Assembly: GCA_040509495.1 (NCBI GenBank)
Contig: JBEVKW010000172.1
Span: 4,887 to 68,886 of the forward strand
Direction: 5' to 3'
DNA: 64,000 nt
Source of the DNA: Chitinophagaceae bacterium
GTDB taxonomy: Bacteria; Bacteroidota; Bacteroidia; Chitinophagales; Chitinophagaceae
The position numbers were made by a program, and so were the translations under genes. Positions 35,505 through 44,137 of the stretch are shown here, piece by piece (the stretch's first letter is position 1; the number at the start of each line of letters is the position of its first letter). Under the pieces are notes generated by a model that was not told the origin of the DNA, did not search any database, and saw only the letters and a program-made list of their open reading frames with translations.

Positions 35505-36293
35505 TCAAATAGTACCGTCAGCAAATTGCCACAGCTGCGCAACGGCTTTGTTGCCATGAACCTCGCGGATGGCGTCTACAATATTGGGATACGCGCCGCA
35601 GCGGCATATATTTCCGGACATGCGTTCCCTGATCTCTTCATCAGACAGTTTCAGGTTTTTTTCTTTCTTGCGGACATTGCCGGTTACATAACTTGCTTCC
35701 CCGTTCTTTGCTTCACTGATCAGTGCCACGGCAGAACAGATCTGCCCTGGCGTACAGTAGCCGCATTGAAAGCCGTCATGTTTGATGAATGCAGTTTGCA
35801 TGGGATGGAGTTCATTTCCATCTGCCAGCCCTTCGATCGTGGTAACATGCTTATCTTCACAGGACGCAGCCAGTGTAAGGCAGGAAAGTACACGCCGGTC
35901 ATCGACCATCACCGTACACGCTCCGCATTGGCCATGATCACATCCTTTCTTTGAACCTGTTAGTTCAAGACGTTCACGAAGTGTATCGAGCAGGGTCATG
36001 CGCGAGTCCACCATCAACTGGCGGGTATTGCCATTCACCTTGAACGAAAGATTTACTCCGTTCTCGATCCCGATCGGTGGCGGCGGTGGCGTAGTAATAC
36101 TGCGGGCCATCAGCTGCTCGATGCCAAGCAGGTGTGCGGCAAGCAGACCGGTTCCGGTAAAAGTGATGAGTTTAAGGAAGTGGCGTCGTTTGATGCCCGA
36201 AGTAATGATCTCACTCATTTCATCAGGCATAAGTTCTTCAATGACCTTTCGTTCTTCGACCGTCAGGTCCGGAAACTTGGGTTGATCTTCCAT
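35505..36293 (-). CDS. (2Fe-2S)-binding subunit with a twin-arginine (Tat) signal (PaoA-like)
   Basis: KRRHFLKLITFTGTGLLAAHLLG is a Tat signal. CDHGQCGACTV and GFQCGYCTPG are the two 2Fe-2S cluster motifs. Confidence 0.85.
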   Translation of the reverse strand: MEDQPKFPDLTVEERKVIEELMPDEMSEIITSGIKRRHFLKLITFTGTGLLAAHLLGIEQLMARSITTPPPPPIGIENGVNLSFKVNGNTRQLMVDSRMTLLDTLRERLELTGSKKGCDHGQCGACTVMVDDRRVLSCLTLAASCEDKHVTTIEGLADGNELHPMQTAFIKHDGFQCGYCTPGQICSAVALISEAKNGEASYVTGNVRKKEKNLKLSDEEIRERMSGNICRCGAYPNIVDAIREVHGNKAVAQLWQFADGTI

Positions 36294-36579
36294 GTTGTAT
36301 GTTTGAGGGATGTTCTGAAGTTACGGACTTTAAAAACGCGATATTGCTTTTTTAATGATCCAAAGCGGTACATTCAGCGCGGATTCAATGTCTCAAAAAA
36401 CGGACCATTACAGTGTGACGATGATCAGCTCAATATTAATTCATCCGGAAAAGGCACTGAACATGATCATAATCTGCAGCGACACATCCTCTGGTGGTAA
36501 AGAAACGCTGCGAAAGATAACTTAGCCTCTCCGTCGGAGCGCTTGCTGCGTTTCGCCTGAGTACCGTTGTACACGAACT

Positions 36580-37230
36580 CTACACGGACACCACAAATAT
36601 TTTATTGATCCCGAATTCGATCAGCAGGTAACCCGGAAACACCTGATCCATCAGGTGACATATCCCCTCGAACAACGCCTTACTTTTTTCAAGATAATTC
36701 AGAATAAGATGGCCGCCAGGTTGCAAACCAGCCTTACATTGTTCCAGGAATGCGGCAGACGAAACAAAACCGGGGACATTCCTTCCCATAAAAACATCGC
36801 AAACGATCAGAGGATACTGCTCTTGATTCTGCTGCATAAAGATTTGCGCATCGAGGCATACAAGTTCGACCCGGGTCAGGTCATGCGCAGGCATCAGCTC
36901 TGCTGCCAGGAGGAGGATATCATTGTCTATGTCAACCAGCGTATAGGCGGGATGGAATCCCATATCATTGAGGATATGAACGGCACTTGCAAGCCCCGTT
37001 CCCAGCACCAGCACATGATGAACACGTGCCAGCTCATGCCGGATCTTTCTGAACGCGCTGCGCAGCGGCCGGTAGCGCTTACCATCGGAATACCATGCAT
37101 CCTCAGTACCAAGTTGCCATTGATTACGGTAGAGGTACAGATCTAATACCGGGTGAAGCGGACTTGATCGCTGTTCTATACAAACAGGGTATAAGAAACT
37201 GAGCAGCCGTTTATAAAAGGGAAGTTTCAA
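36580..37230 (-). CDS. Spermidine-synthase-like class I SAM-dependent methyltransferase-fold protein
   Basis: VLVLGTGLASAVHIL...LVDIDNDIL...IVCDVF is a Rossmann-type SAM motif arrangement. Confidence 0.6.
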   Translation of the reverse strand: MKLPFYKRLLSFLYPVCIEQRSSPLHPVLDLYLYRNQWQLGTEDAWYSDGKRYRPLRSAFRKIRHELARVHHVLVLGTGLASAVHILNDMGFHPAYTLVDIDNDILLLAAELMPAHDLTRVELVCLDAQIFMQQNQEQYPLIVCDVFMGRNVPGFVSSAAFLEQCKAGLQPGGHLILNYLEKSKALFEGICHLMDQVFPGYLLIEFGINKIFVVSV

Positions 37231-37584
37231 CCGGGGGCACTTTTGGTAACTGAAACATGATGTTGAGAATTCACCCCGACCTGAACAGGTTAGTCAGCTA
37301 TCTGACGTTCTTCCGCCACCGATACAGTAGCTGAAATTTGAAACAGATCCGGTTTATCTATGTCTCTGTCCCCAATATCAATGCCAAAGGCGCTTGCTGA
37401 AAAGTCCGTTGCATATACCTTGTATACCCGATTCATTACCGTGTGCCGCATAAGAATCCAGTAAGGCGCATGCTTCAACATTCAAACCATTTATTGATTT
37501 CCTAAGGAGCGGATAAGTGGAAAACGGTCGACGAAGATCCTTGTTCCGACAATCTAATTCCAATGTCGTTTAGTTAGCGGCCCT

Positions 37585-37696
37585 GAAGTAACGCGGCGGG
37601 CGCGGCGATACGCGGAGAGCGCAGCGAAAATACAAGATTTTCTATGGTTGTTTTCGCTGCGTACGCTGCGTATCGTCGCGTCCGCCGCGTTACTTC
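37585..37696. repeat. Isolated GC-rich long hairpin (46-nt arms, 20-nt loop), REP-like or structured RNA
   Basis: gaagtaacgcggcgggcgcggcgatacgcggagagcgcagcgaaaa (37585-37630) pairs with ttttcgctgcgtacgctgcgtatcgtcgcgtccgccgcgttacttc (37651-37696). 40 of 46 positions are complementary, and two of the six exceptions would be G-U pairs in RNA. Confidence 0.75.
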
Positions 37697-38381
37697 TACG
37701 CCAGGCAAACATTAAGCGGGGGATTTCCTGGAGGCCTCAGTCCGTCACAGGCGGATAAACCGAAGATGCAGTTGGCGCAATGTTCATCGTTTTCAAATCC
37801 CCCCGAAAAGAGCAATATACAATCTATCACAAAGCGTCTGAAAGATCCCGTCATTATCGATCTTAAAGCCGGGAATTATACGTTAGTGATCACTAAAAAT
37901 TGAAATGGCTGCAATGGTAAAATATTTCCTACTCCTTCGTTTGCCGTTTGCCAGAGATCTTTGCTAAAAAGAAATCATCCCGGAAAACTCTTGCTGGTAT
38001 TGATAAGCTCTTGCAACAACTTTCTTATCCACTGGCAAATGAGGACCTCGATACGATGAGGAGCCTCGCTGAAGCACTCGCGCATAAAGTGAACGCAAGC
38101 ACCGAATGTACAGGCGAATGAATTGCAAGCAGAACGAGTTAGGCCAGTTGCTTCAAAAACTTTCCAGCGAATGCACACAGGCAACGGCAATGCTGAACCT
38201 GGATGATACGTTTCCTGAACTGAAAACAGTTGTTGATAATATGCACCAGCTCTTTCAACAAATCAGGAAAGCTTGTGAAGGCTCGTTCACCGCAGTTGCG
38301 TAGAAATACTGCATTGGCATGAATGAAGTAGCCTTTATATGACAGTGCAAAAGAAAGATACGATCTTGGTATGAATGGCGC

Positions 38382-38798
38382 TTATTGATTGAACTCGGTT
38401 TGAATGTTAATTTTACCTTTCAGGATCCGGGAAATGGGACAGTTCTCCGCCACCCGGATCAGCCGCAGCTCCAATTCCTTGTCCAAAATTTGAGGTATGG
38501 TGATCTTGCGGTCGATGCGCAGAACCATTACATCATTCTCTACCTCGTGCAACATATTGGCCTCTGCTGCGATTTCGGGGATCTCCAGGCCCTTGTGATC
38601 GATATACATCCGGAGTGTGGCCAGCGTACAGGATACAAGGGACGACAGTAACAGCGTGTAAGGATCAGGACCGATATCCTTTCCGCCAAGTTTCTCGGGT
38701 TCGTCTGTGATCAGTACACCATTTCGCCAGTGAATAACCGTTTTGAATTTTTCATTCCCGATCATTCCGTTGACCGGTTTCTCTAATATATATTTCAT
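38382..38798 (-). CDS. OsmC family (peroxiredoxin-like) protein
   Basis: GGKDIGPDPYTLLLSSLVSCTLATLRMY and AENCPISRIL carry the two conserved Cys contexts. The internal ATG at 38798 forms an ATGA overlap with the stop of the upstream GNAT gene. Confidence 0.75.
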   Translation of the reverse strand: MKYILEKPVNGMIGNEKFKTVIHWRNGVLITDEPEKLGGKDIGPDPYTLLLSSLVSCTLATLRMYIDHKGLEIPEIAAEANMLHEVENDVMVLRIDRKITIPQILDKELELRLIRVAENCPISRILKGKINIQTEFNQ

Positions 38799-39097
38799 TG
38801 ATGCCCGTCTTTTTCCCATACATCCGTGTATTCTGCGGGGTGGCGCCTGAACTGTGCGTTCACATACGGGCAAAGCGGTATGATCTTCAATTCTTTCTCC
38901 CGCGCATAACTCACCAGTTGTTGAAGCAATAATTTTGCAAAGCCACGCCCTTCAAACTCCGGTGATACTTCAGTGTGAAATACCGTCAGTCGGCCTTCAC
39001 TAATAGCAATGTCCATTTTTCCGGCGTTGATGTTATCTGTAAAGAGTTGAACCTCGCCGTACACGCCCCCGTTTAAAACTACCGTTGTTGTCTCCAT
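38795..39097 (-). CDS. Small GNAT family N-acetyltransferase (YjdJ-like)
   Basis: 100 aa. VSPEFEGRGFAKLLLQQLVSYAREKELKIIPLCPYV is the acetyl-CoA-binding core of single-domain GNATs. Confidence 0.75.
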   Translation of the reverse strand: METTTVVLNGGVYGEVQLFTDNINAGKMDIAISEGRLTVFHTEVSPEFEGRGFAKLLLQQLVSYAREKELKIIPLCPYVNAQFRRHPAEYTDVWEKDGHQ

Positions 39098-39330
39098 TAT
39101 CCTTTCGCTTGAGTTTCGTCAACATGATATTGAATGGTCAATGCCCCGGACGGGCACCTGGCTACCTGGTCGATCAGCTCTTGTGTTGTTGCATTTTCCG
39201 GCCGTATCCAGGGGCGTGCCCTCGGGTCATACACCTGGGGTAGCGTCTTCACACAAACACCGGAATGAGTACATACTTTCGGTTTCCATAAGATAGTTAT
39301 TTCCCCGTTATAATATTTGATTGTTTCCAT
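39097..39330 (-). CDS. Divergent 4Fe-4S mono-cluster protein (YjdI/DUF1271-like)
   Basis: 77 aa. ITILWKPKVCTHSGVCV...VARCPSGAL is a Cys pattern as in Fer4_19-type proteins. The stop overlaps the GNAT start by 1 nt. Confidence 0.7.
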   Translation of the reverse strand: METIKYYNGEITILWKPKVCTHSGVCVKTLPQVYDPRARPWIRPENATTQELIDQVARCPSGALTIQYHVDETQAKG

Positions 39331-39412
39331 ATCGTGCTTCCTTTAAAAAAAATGACAGGCAAATTTCTGTCACGGAACTATAACAGGAAGATGATATTTC
39401 TCAGCAAAATCA

Positions 39413-39428
39413 GTAGATAAATGTCTAC
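39413..39428. promoter_or_regulatory. Palindrome GTAGAtaaatgTCTAC, candidate operator upstream of the yjdI-like/GNAT/OsmC operon
   Basis: It lies between the Crp/Fnr gene stop (39455) and the operon start (39330). It shares the 10-mer tgtctacgtt with the site at 40207-40220. Confidence 0.4.
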
Positions 39429-39454
39429 GTTATGGGCTGTAAAAACAAAGGCAG

Positions 39455-40057
39455 TTATTTCAGATGGTGCTGACGTTTGACACGGCTTAACGTGTCTTTA
39501 TTCACACCGAGATAGGACGCGATGATATGCTGCGGAAAACGCACCAGAAGTTCAGGATAGCATTCGATAAAATCGGTATATCGCTTATCTGCGGTAGAAC
39601 TGATCGCCGAGGTAAGCCGACGGTTGTTGGCCATCTGATTGCGCTCGTCCAGCTTCATTTTCATTTCACGGAAGGCCGGCACTTTATTCTGAAGTTCGAT
39701 CGTCCATTCTTTGGTAATGCAAAGCAGTTCGCAGTGCTCCCAGGCTTCGATGTGATACTGGCTTGGCGTGAGCATTACAAAGCTTTCCCGGTCACCCATC
39801 CACCACTCTTCAACGCCGAGCCTGACAATGTGTTCGATACCCTTGTCATCCACTGAATACATCCGCATGGCACCTTTGACGATAAATGCAAAATACTTAC
39901 AACGATTACCGGCCTGTAACAAAAATTGCCTCTTTCTTAATTTGGATGGCGTAAAAGCCTGCATGATCAATGCTTTTTCGTCTTCGGAAAGCGGGTCAGC
40001 ACTGAATTTCTGCAGGTATTCAAAAAAAGCGTCGTACATATCAGCCTCGCGTATCAT
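39455..40057 (-). CDS. Crp/Fnr family transcriptional regulator (cNMP-binding fold plus C-terminal HTH)
   Basis: 200 aa. RKRQFLLQAGNRCKYFAFIVKGAMRMY...QHIIASYLGVNKDTLSRVKR. Confidence 0.85.
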   Translation of the reverse strand: MIREADMYDAFFEYLQKFSADPLSEDEKALIMQAFTPSKLRKRQFLLQAGNRCKYFAFIVKGAMRMYSVDDKGIEHIVRLGVEEWWMGDRESFVMLTPSQYHIEAWEHCELLCITKEWTIELQNKVPAFREMKMKLDERNQMANNRRLTSAISSTADKRYTDFIECYPELLVRFPQHIIASYLGVNKDTLSRVKRQHHLK

Positions 40058-40206
40058 CTAATGATTAATTATTTTGAACGTTGGCAAATATACGATTTGA
40101 CGAAGGTTTTTTCCGCCTGGCGCGCAATGGCAACCACCTAAGCATTGAAAATGTTCTGATTACGGCGTATCGACTTTCAACTTACAAGGCGGCTCGCAGC
40201 ATTTGA

Positions 40207-40220
40207 TAGACACTTGTCTA
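40207..40220. promoter_or_regulatory. Perfect 6-2-6 palindrome TAGACActTGTCTA in the divergent region between the Crp/Fnr gene and the isochorismatase-LLM-pirin operon
   Basis: It lies 150 nt upstream of each divergent start (40057 and 40370). Confidence 0.45.
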
Positions 40221-40369
40221 CGTTTTTTTGCGACATACATCATCTTCCTGCTGTAGCAGGAATTTGACATTTGCTTTCTCAAAGCAGGTAAAGATCATCC
40301 TTAGGTCCAGGCAAGCTATTGTCTTTGAACGTCGTATTAATTCATCATTAACTATACAATTATCAGAAC

Positions 40370-41023
40370 ATGCCGAAAAATGTAAAAACAGGCCTTGAAG
40401 CCCTGCTTCGTCCGGAAGACAGTATCGTCGTATTGATCGATCATCAGCCATTCCAGTTCGCCAACCTGCACAGCCACGAGCCGACCATGATCATCAACGC
40501 GGTAACGGGATTAGCCAAAGCAGCGAAGGTATTCAGTGTGCCGACGATTCTGACCACCGTTCTTGAGGAGCGTGGCGGTTTCATCCTTAAACAGCTTCAG
40601 GATGTATTCCCCGACCAGAAACCGATCAACCGGACTTTTATCAATACCTGGCAGGATACGAATGTTACCAGCATTGTAGCGAACAGCGGCCGTAAGCAGC
40701 TTATCATCGCCGGTCTGTGGACGGATATCTGCGTAGCAATGCCCGCTATCCAGGCGGCCGGTGAAGGGTATGATGTATTCGTTGTGACCGATGCATGCGG
40801 ATCAAGTTCTAAGGAAGCGCATGATATGTCGATACGCCGGATGGCGGCGCATGGCATCACACCGATCAACTGGCTGGCTGTTGCTTCAGAGTGGCAACGC
40901 GACCATGCGCGCAGTGCAACAGCAGCACCTTTTGCCGATGTGATCCTGGAACATGGAGGCGCAAGCGGTGTTTCATTTGCATGGGAATTACAGTTGCTGA
41001 ACACGCCTGTTCCCGCAAAATAA
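40370..41023 (+). CDS. Isochorismatase-family hydrolase (cytoplasmic paralog)
   Basis: VVLIDHQ, IIAGLWTDICVAMPA (Cys context) and FVVTDACGS. It has no signal peptide. Confidence 0.8.
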   Translation: MPKNVKTGLEALLRPEDSIVVLIDHQPFQFANLHSHEPTMIINAVTGLAKAAKVFSVPTILTTVLEERGGFILKQLQDVFPDQKPINRTFINTWQDTNVTSIVANSGRKQLIIAGLWTDICVAMPAIQAAGEGYDVFVVTDACGSSSKEAHDMSIRRMAAHGITPINWLAVASEWQRDHARSATAAPFADVILEHGGASGVSFAWELQLLNTPVPAK

Positions 41024-41044
41024 TTTCACACATCTCTTTCAGCA

Positions 41045-41152
41045 GGCTGGCGTAGTTTCCCGCAGATGAACGCAGATCGATGTGCAGATACGCAGATCAT
41101 TTTCTAACACAAGAATAGGATCTGCGTTCATCACAGGGAGCCTACGCCCTCC
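41045..41152. repeat. CGCAGAT-rich palindromic intergenic element, copy 2
   Basis: The left arm ggctggcgtagtttcccgcagatgaacgcagat (41045-41077) and the right arm atctgcgttcatcacagggagcctacgccctcc (41120-41152) form 33-nt imperfect inverted repeats. The terminal sequence is shared with 19203-19236. Confidence 0.8.
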
Positions 41153-41175
41153 CATCAAAAAACAAACACGACAAC

Positions 41176-42198
41176 ATGGAAATAGGTATAGACAGTTTCG
41201 CATCTGCAATGTACAGCAGCAATGAACTGAACAGCATCGATGCGATGGAGCAACTTCTCGATAGAATAGTTGCCGCGGATGAGGCGGGGCTGGATGTTTT
41301 TGGTATCGGGGAACATCATAAAAAAGAGTTCCTGGATTCTGCTCCCGCAGTGATACTGGCGGCCGCTGCAGCGCGTACTAAAAAGATCCGGCTGATGAGT
41401 GCGGTGACAGTATTGAGCACGTCCGATCCTGTGCGGTTGTTCCAACAGTTCGCCACACTGGATATCATTTCCAAAGGACGCGCGGAGATCATTGCCGGCC
41501 GTGGTTCTGCAACAGAAGCATTTCCCCTGTTCGGATATAACCTGGCTGATTACGACGCTCTGTTCAGCGAAAAATTAAAACTGCTACTGCAGATCCGCGA
41601 AGAGGAGTTCGTTACCTGGTCAGGCAGGTTCAGACCCGAATTAAAAAATCAACCGGTCTACCCGCGCCCTGTACAGAAGAAATTGCCGGTATGGGTAGGC
41701 GTAGGCGGAACACCGGAATCATTCGTTCGCGCGGGTAAACTGGGCCTTCCGCTGATGGTGGCCGTTATCGGAGGACAAACAGAGAGCTTCAGGCCACTGG
41801 TCGACCTTTACAGAAAAACGGGTCAGGAAGCCGGATTCAAACCGGAGGAATTGAAGGTAGGATTGCATTCGCCGGGTTATGTAGGTGAAACCGATCAATC
41901 AGCGATCGCTGATTATTTTCCAGGCTATATAGAATCATGGACTAAAATTGGCCGTGAACGCGGCTGGCCACCCGTCACCAAGGCTCAGTTCGATGCAGGG
42001 GTCGCTCCGAAAGGTGTGCTCGTCGTTGGTGGTCCGGAAACAGTAGCTGAAAAATTAATGAGACACAGCAAGTCGCTCGGGGGCGTCGACCTGTTTTCAT
42101 TTCAAATGGATATTGCCGGTCTTACACACCAACAGCTAACACGGTCTATAGAACTGATCGGGTCAAAATTGATCCCGCTGGTAAAACAGCCTCGTTAA
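41176..42198 (+). CDS. LLM-class (luciferase-like) flavin-dependent oxidoreductase
   Basis: MEIGIDSF...AGLDVFGIGEHH...LDIISKGRAEIIAGRGS is typical of the luciferase-like monooxygenase family. Confidence 0.8.
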   Translation: MEIGIDSFASAMYSSNELNSIDAMEQLLDRIVAADEAGLDVFGIGEHHKKEFLDSAPAVILAAAAARTKKIRLMSAVTVLSTSDPVRLFQQFATLDIISKGRAEIIAGRGSATEAFPLFGYNLADYDALFSEKLKLLLQIREEEFVTWSGRFRPELKNQPVYPRPVQKKLPVWVGVGGTPESFVRAGKLGLPLMVAVIGGQTESFRPLVDLYRKTGQEAGFKPEELKVGLHSPGYVGETDQSAIADYFPGYIESWTKIGRERGWPPVTKAQFDAGVAPKGVLVVGGPETVAEKLMRHSKSLGGVDLFSFQMDIAGLTHQQLTRSIELIGSKLIPLVKQPR

Positions 42199-42270
42199 GA
42201 TGTACCCGGACTTCCTCAGATAGGTGACCATCGAACTCCATCACAATTTTTAAACAACATTGAATCTGTC

Positions 42271-43194
42271 ATGAAAAAGAGAAGTAGTTTTTCCACCCGG
42301 GGAAAACGAGAGGATATCGGCGACCTGGAAATTTACAGGATGATGCCGAACAGGTATGCGGATGCCGTTGGGCCCTTTGTTTTTTTAGATCATATTGCCC
42401 CAAGGATCCGGACAACGATCAACAAAGAAGGCACCGGGGCGCATCCGCACCGTGGTATGGCAACATTGACTTATATCCTTCATGGCGAAGCCGAACATTT
42501 TGACAGCACCGGGAATTATGCACTCGTTCATTCCGGCGGCGTTCAATGGATGAATGCGGGTAACGGGATCATTCACGATGAAACACTGAACTATGATACC
42601 CAAACGGATTCGAAACTGATCCATGTGCTGCAATTCTGGATCAACCTGCCTGCAAAGATCAAAGCCGGAAAGCCGTCTTACCTGGCTATTGAAGGCACTG
42701 ACATTCCTGTGAAGACACTGGCGGATGAAAAAGGATGGATCAAAATAATCGCGGGTTCATACGATGAAGTACATGCGGTGATACCAACTTATTCGCAGCA
42801 ATTCCTTTATCATATCCATCTGGTACCGGGCGCAAATTTCGGGATCGAATTTGCCGACAAAACAGAGGTTGCCGCTTTTCTTCCCACTTTACCAGCCATC
42901 ATCAATGATGAAACATTCTATGCGGGTGATTTCATCGAATACGACAGAAGTGCAGGGACGATCGAACTGCGGAATGAGAACACGGAGGCTTGTGACTTTA
43001 TATTATTCGGTGGCGAACCCTATCGGGAGCCGATCTACGCTGAAGGGCCTTTCGTCATGAACTCGATGCTGGAGATCGCAGATGCCTATCGTGGTTTTTT
43101 CAATGGCGATTACGGTAAAATAGTGTATGAACAGCAAAGAGCTAAGAATGCAGCGCTGATTGAACAGGATATGAATAGACAGGACTCACCTTGA
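42271..43194 (+). CDS. Pirin family protein
   Basis: PFVFLDHIAP...GAHPHRGMATLTYILHGEAEHFDSTGN carries the pirin N-terminal cupin metal motif. Confidence 0.8.
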   Translation: MKKRSSFSTRGKREDIGDLEIYRMMPNRYADAVGPFVFLDHIAPRIRTTINKEGTGAHPHRGMATLTYILHGEAEHFDSTGNYALVHSGGVQWMNAGNGIIHDETLNYDTQTDSKLIHVLQFWINLPAKIKAGKPSYLAIEGTDIPVKTLADEKGWIKIIAGSYDEVHAVIPTYSQQFLYHIHLVPGANFGIEFADKTEVAAFLPTLPAIINDETFYAGDFIEYDRSAGTIELRNENTEACDFILFGGEPYREPIYAEGPFVMNSMLEIADAYRGFFNGDYGKIVYEQQRAKNAALIEQDMNRQDSP

Positions 43195-43207
43195 AAAAAC
43201 AGGCAAC

Positions 43208-43260
43208 GGTGTCCGCTACCAGGTGACAAATTGGACATGATGCCATTTGTCGCGGACACC
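43208..43260. terminator. Compound hairpin between the convergent pirin and methyltransferase genes
   Basis: An outer 9-bp stem ggtgtccgc / gcggacacc encloses an inner 7-bp stem gacaaat / atttgtc. It lies 14 nt after the pirin stop and 19 nt after the methyltransferase stop. Confidence 0.4.
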
Positions 43261-43278
43261 GGCAATGATCTTTGTGCT

Positions 43279-44091
43279 CTACGCGATCTTTCCCGGCTTG
43301 ACCGCATGACCGGCGTACAGCATATTCATATCCGTGTCTTCTACCAGGCAAAAATTTCTACCAAGGTCCGCGAACGTCCATTCGCCTTTGGCCCGTTTTC
43401 TAAGGTATTTGAGCATCACCGGAACGGAGATATTGGGTTTCGAACCGGTATGCTCTTTCCATTGCATACCTGCTTTTGTAAGGAGATGGCGGATCTCGCC
43501 TGGTTTGATGAACATTTTCCATACATGCAGACCGGCTGGCATAAAGGCCCAGCGTTTCCATTCCTGCCATATCTTGATCGCAACCAGTTTACTTACCAAC
43601 GTGCGATTGATCGTATCATAAATAAAAACGCCGCCAGGCTTCAACACCCGCGAGATCTCCATGATCACTTTAGGAAGATCGCGGACATGCTCCAGCACAT
43701 CGCAGCAGAAAACAACATCAAAAGAAGCGTCGGCAAAGGGGATGTCTTCGCCTGAAGCCACCCGATAAGCGATGCTCAACCCTTGTGACGCAGCATGACT
43801 GCGGGCTGTATGTACAGATTCATCTGCCGGGTCGATCCCGGATGTGTCAAAGCCCATTCCGGCGATCTCTTCCGTCAGGATCCCACCGCCGCTTCCAACT
43901 TCCAACGCAGACTTACCTTTCGGATCAATGCCAAGCCGGTGCAATACCCGCTCCGCGTAGCCAACTCTCCAGGGATTCACCGAAGTTTTCAGGATATGCA
44001 GCACATCGTCTTCGTTCCACCAGATATCGCCTTGCTCCCTGTATACCTGGTTATTGATCTGGCCGTATATTTCAATGGGTGTCTTTTCCAT
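43279..44091 (-). CDS. Class I SAM-dependent methyltransferase (UbiG-like)
   Basis: WWNEDDVLHILKTSVNPWRVGY, ALEVGSGGGILTEEIA and VVFCCDVLEHV. Confidence 0.75.
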   Translation of the reverse strand: MEKTPIEIYGQINNQVYREQGDIWWNEDDVLHILKTSVNPWRVGYAERVLHRLGIDPKGKSALEVGSGGGILTEEIAGMGFDTSGIDPADESVHTARSHAASQGLSIAYRVASGEDIPFADASFDVVFCCDVLEHVRDLPKVIMEISRVLKPGGVFIYDTINRTLVSKLVAIKIWQEWKRWAFMPAGLHVWKMFIKPGEIRHLLTKAGMQWKEHTGSKPNISVPVMLKYLRKRAKGEWTFADLGRNFCLVEDTDMNMLYAGHAVKPGKIA

Positions 44092-44137
44092 GATTTATTT
44101 TGATGACTGATTATTTGATGGATTGATAAAGAAAAAA

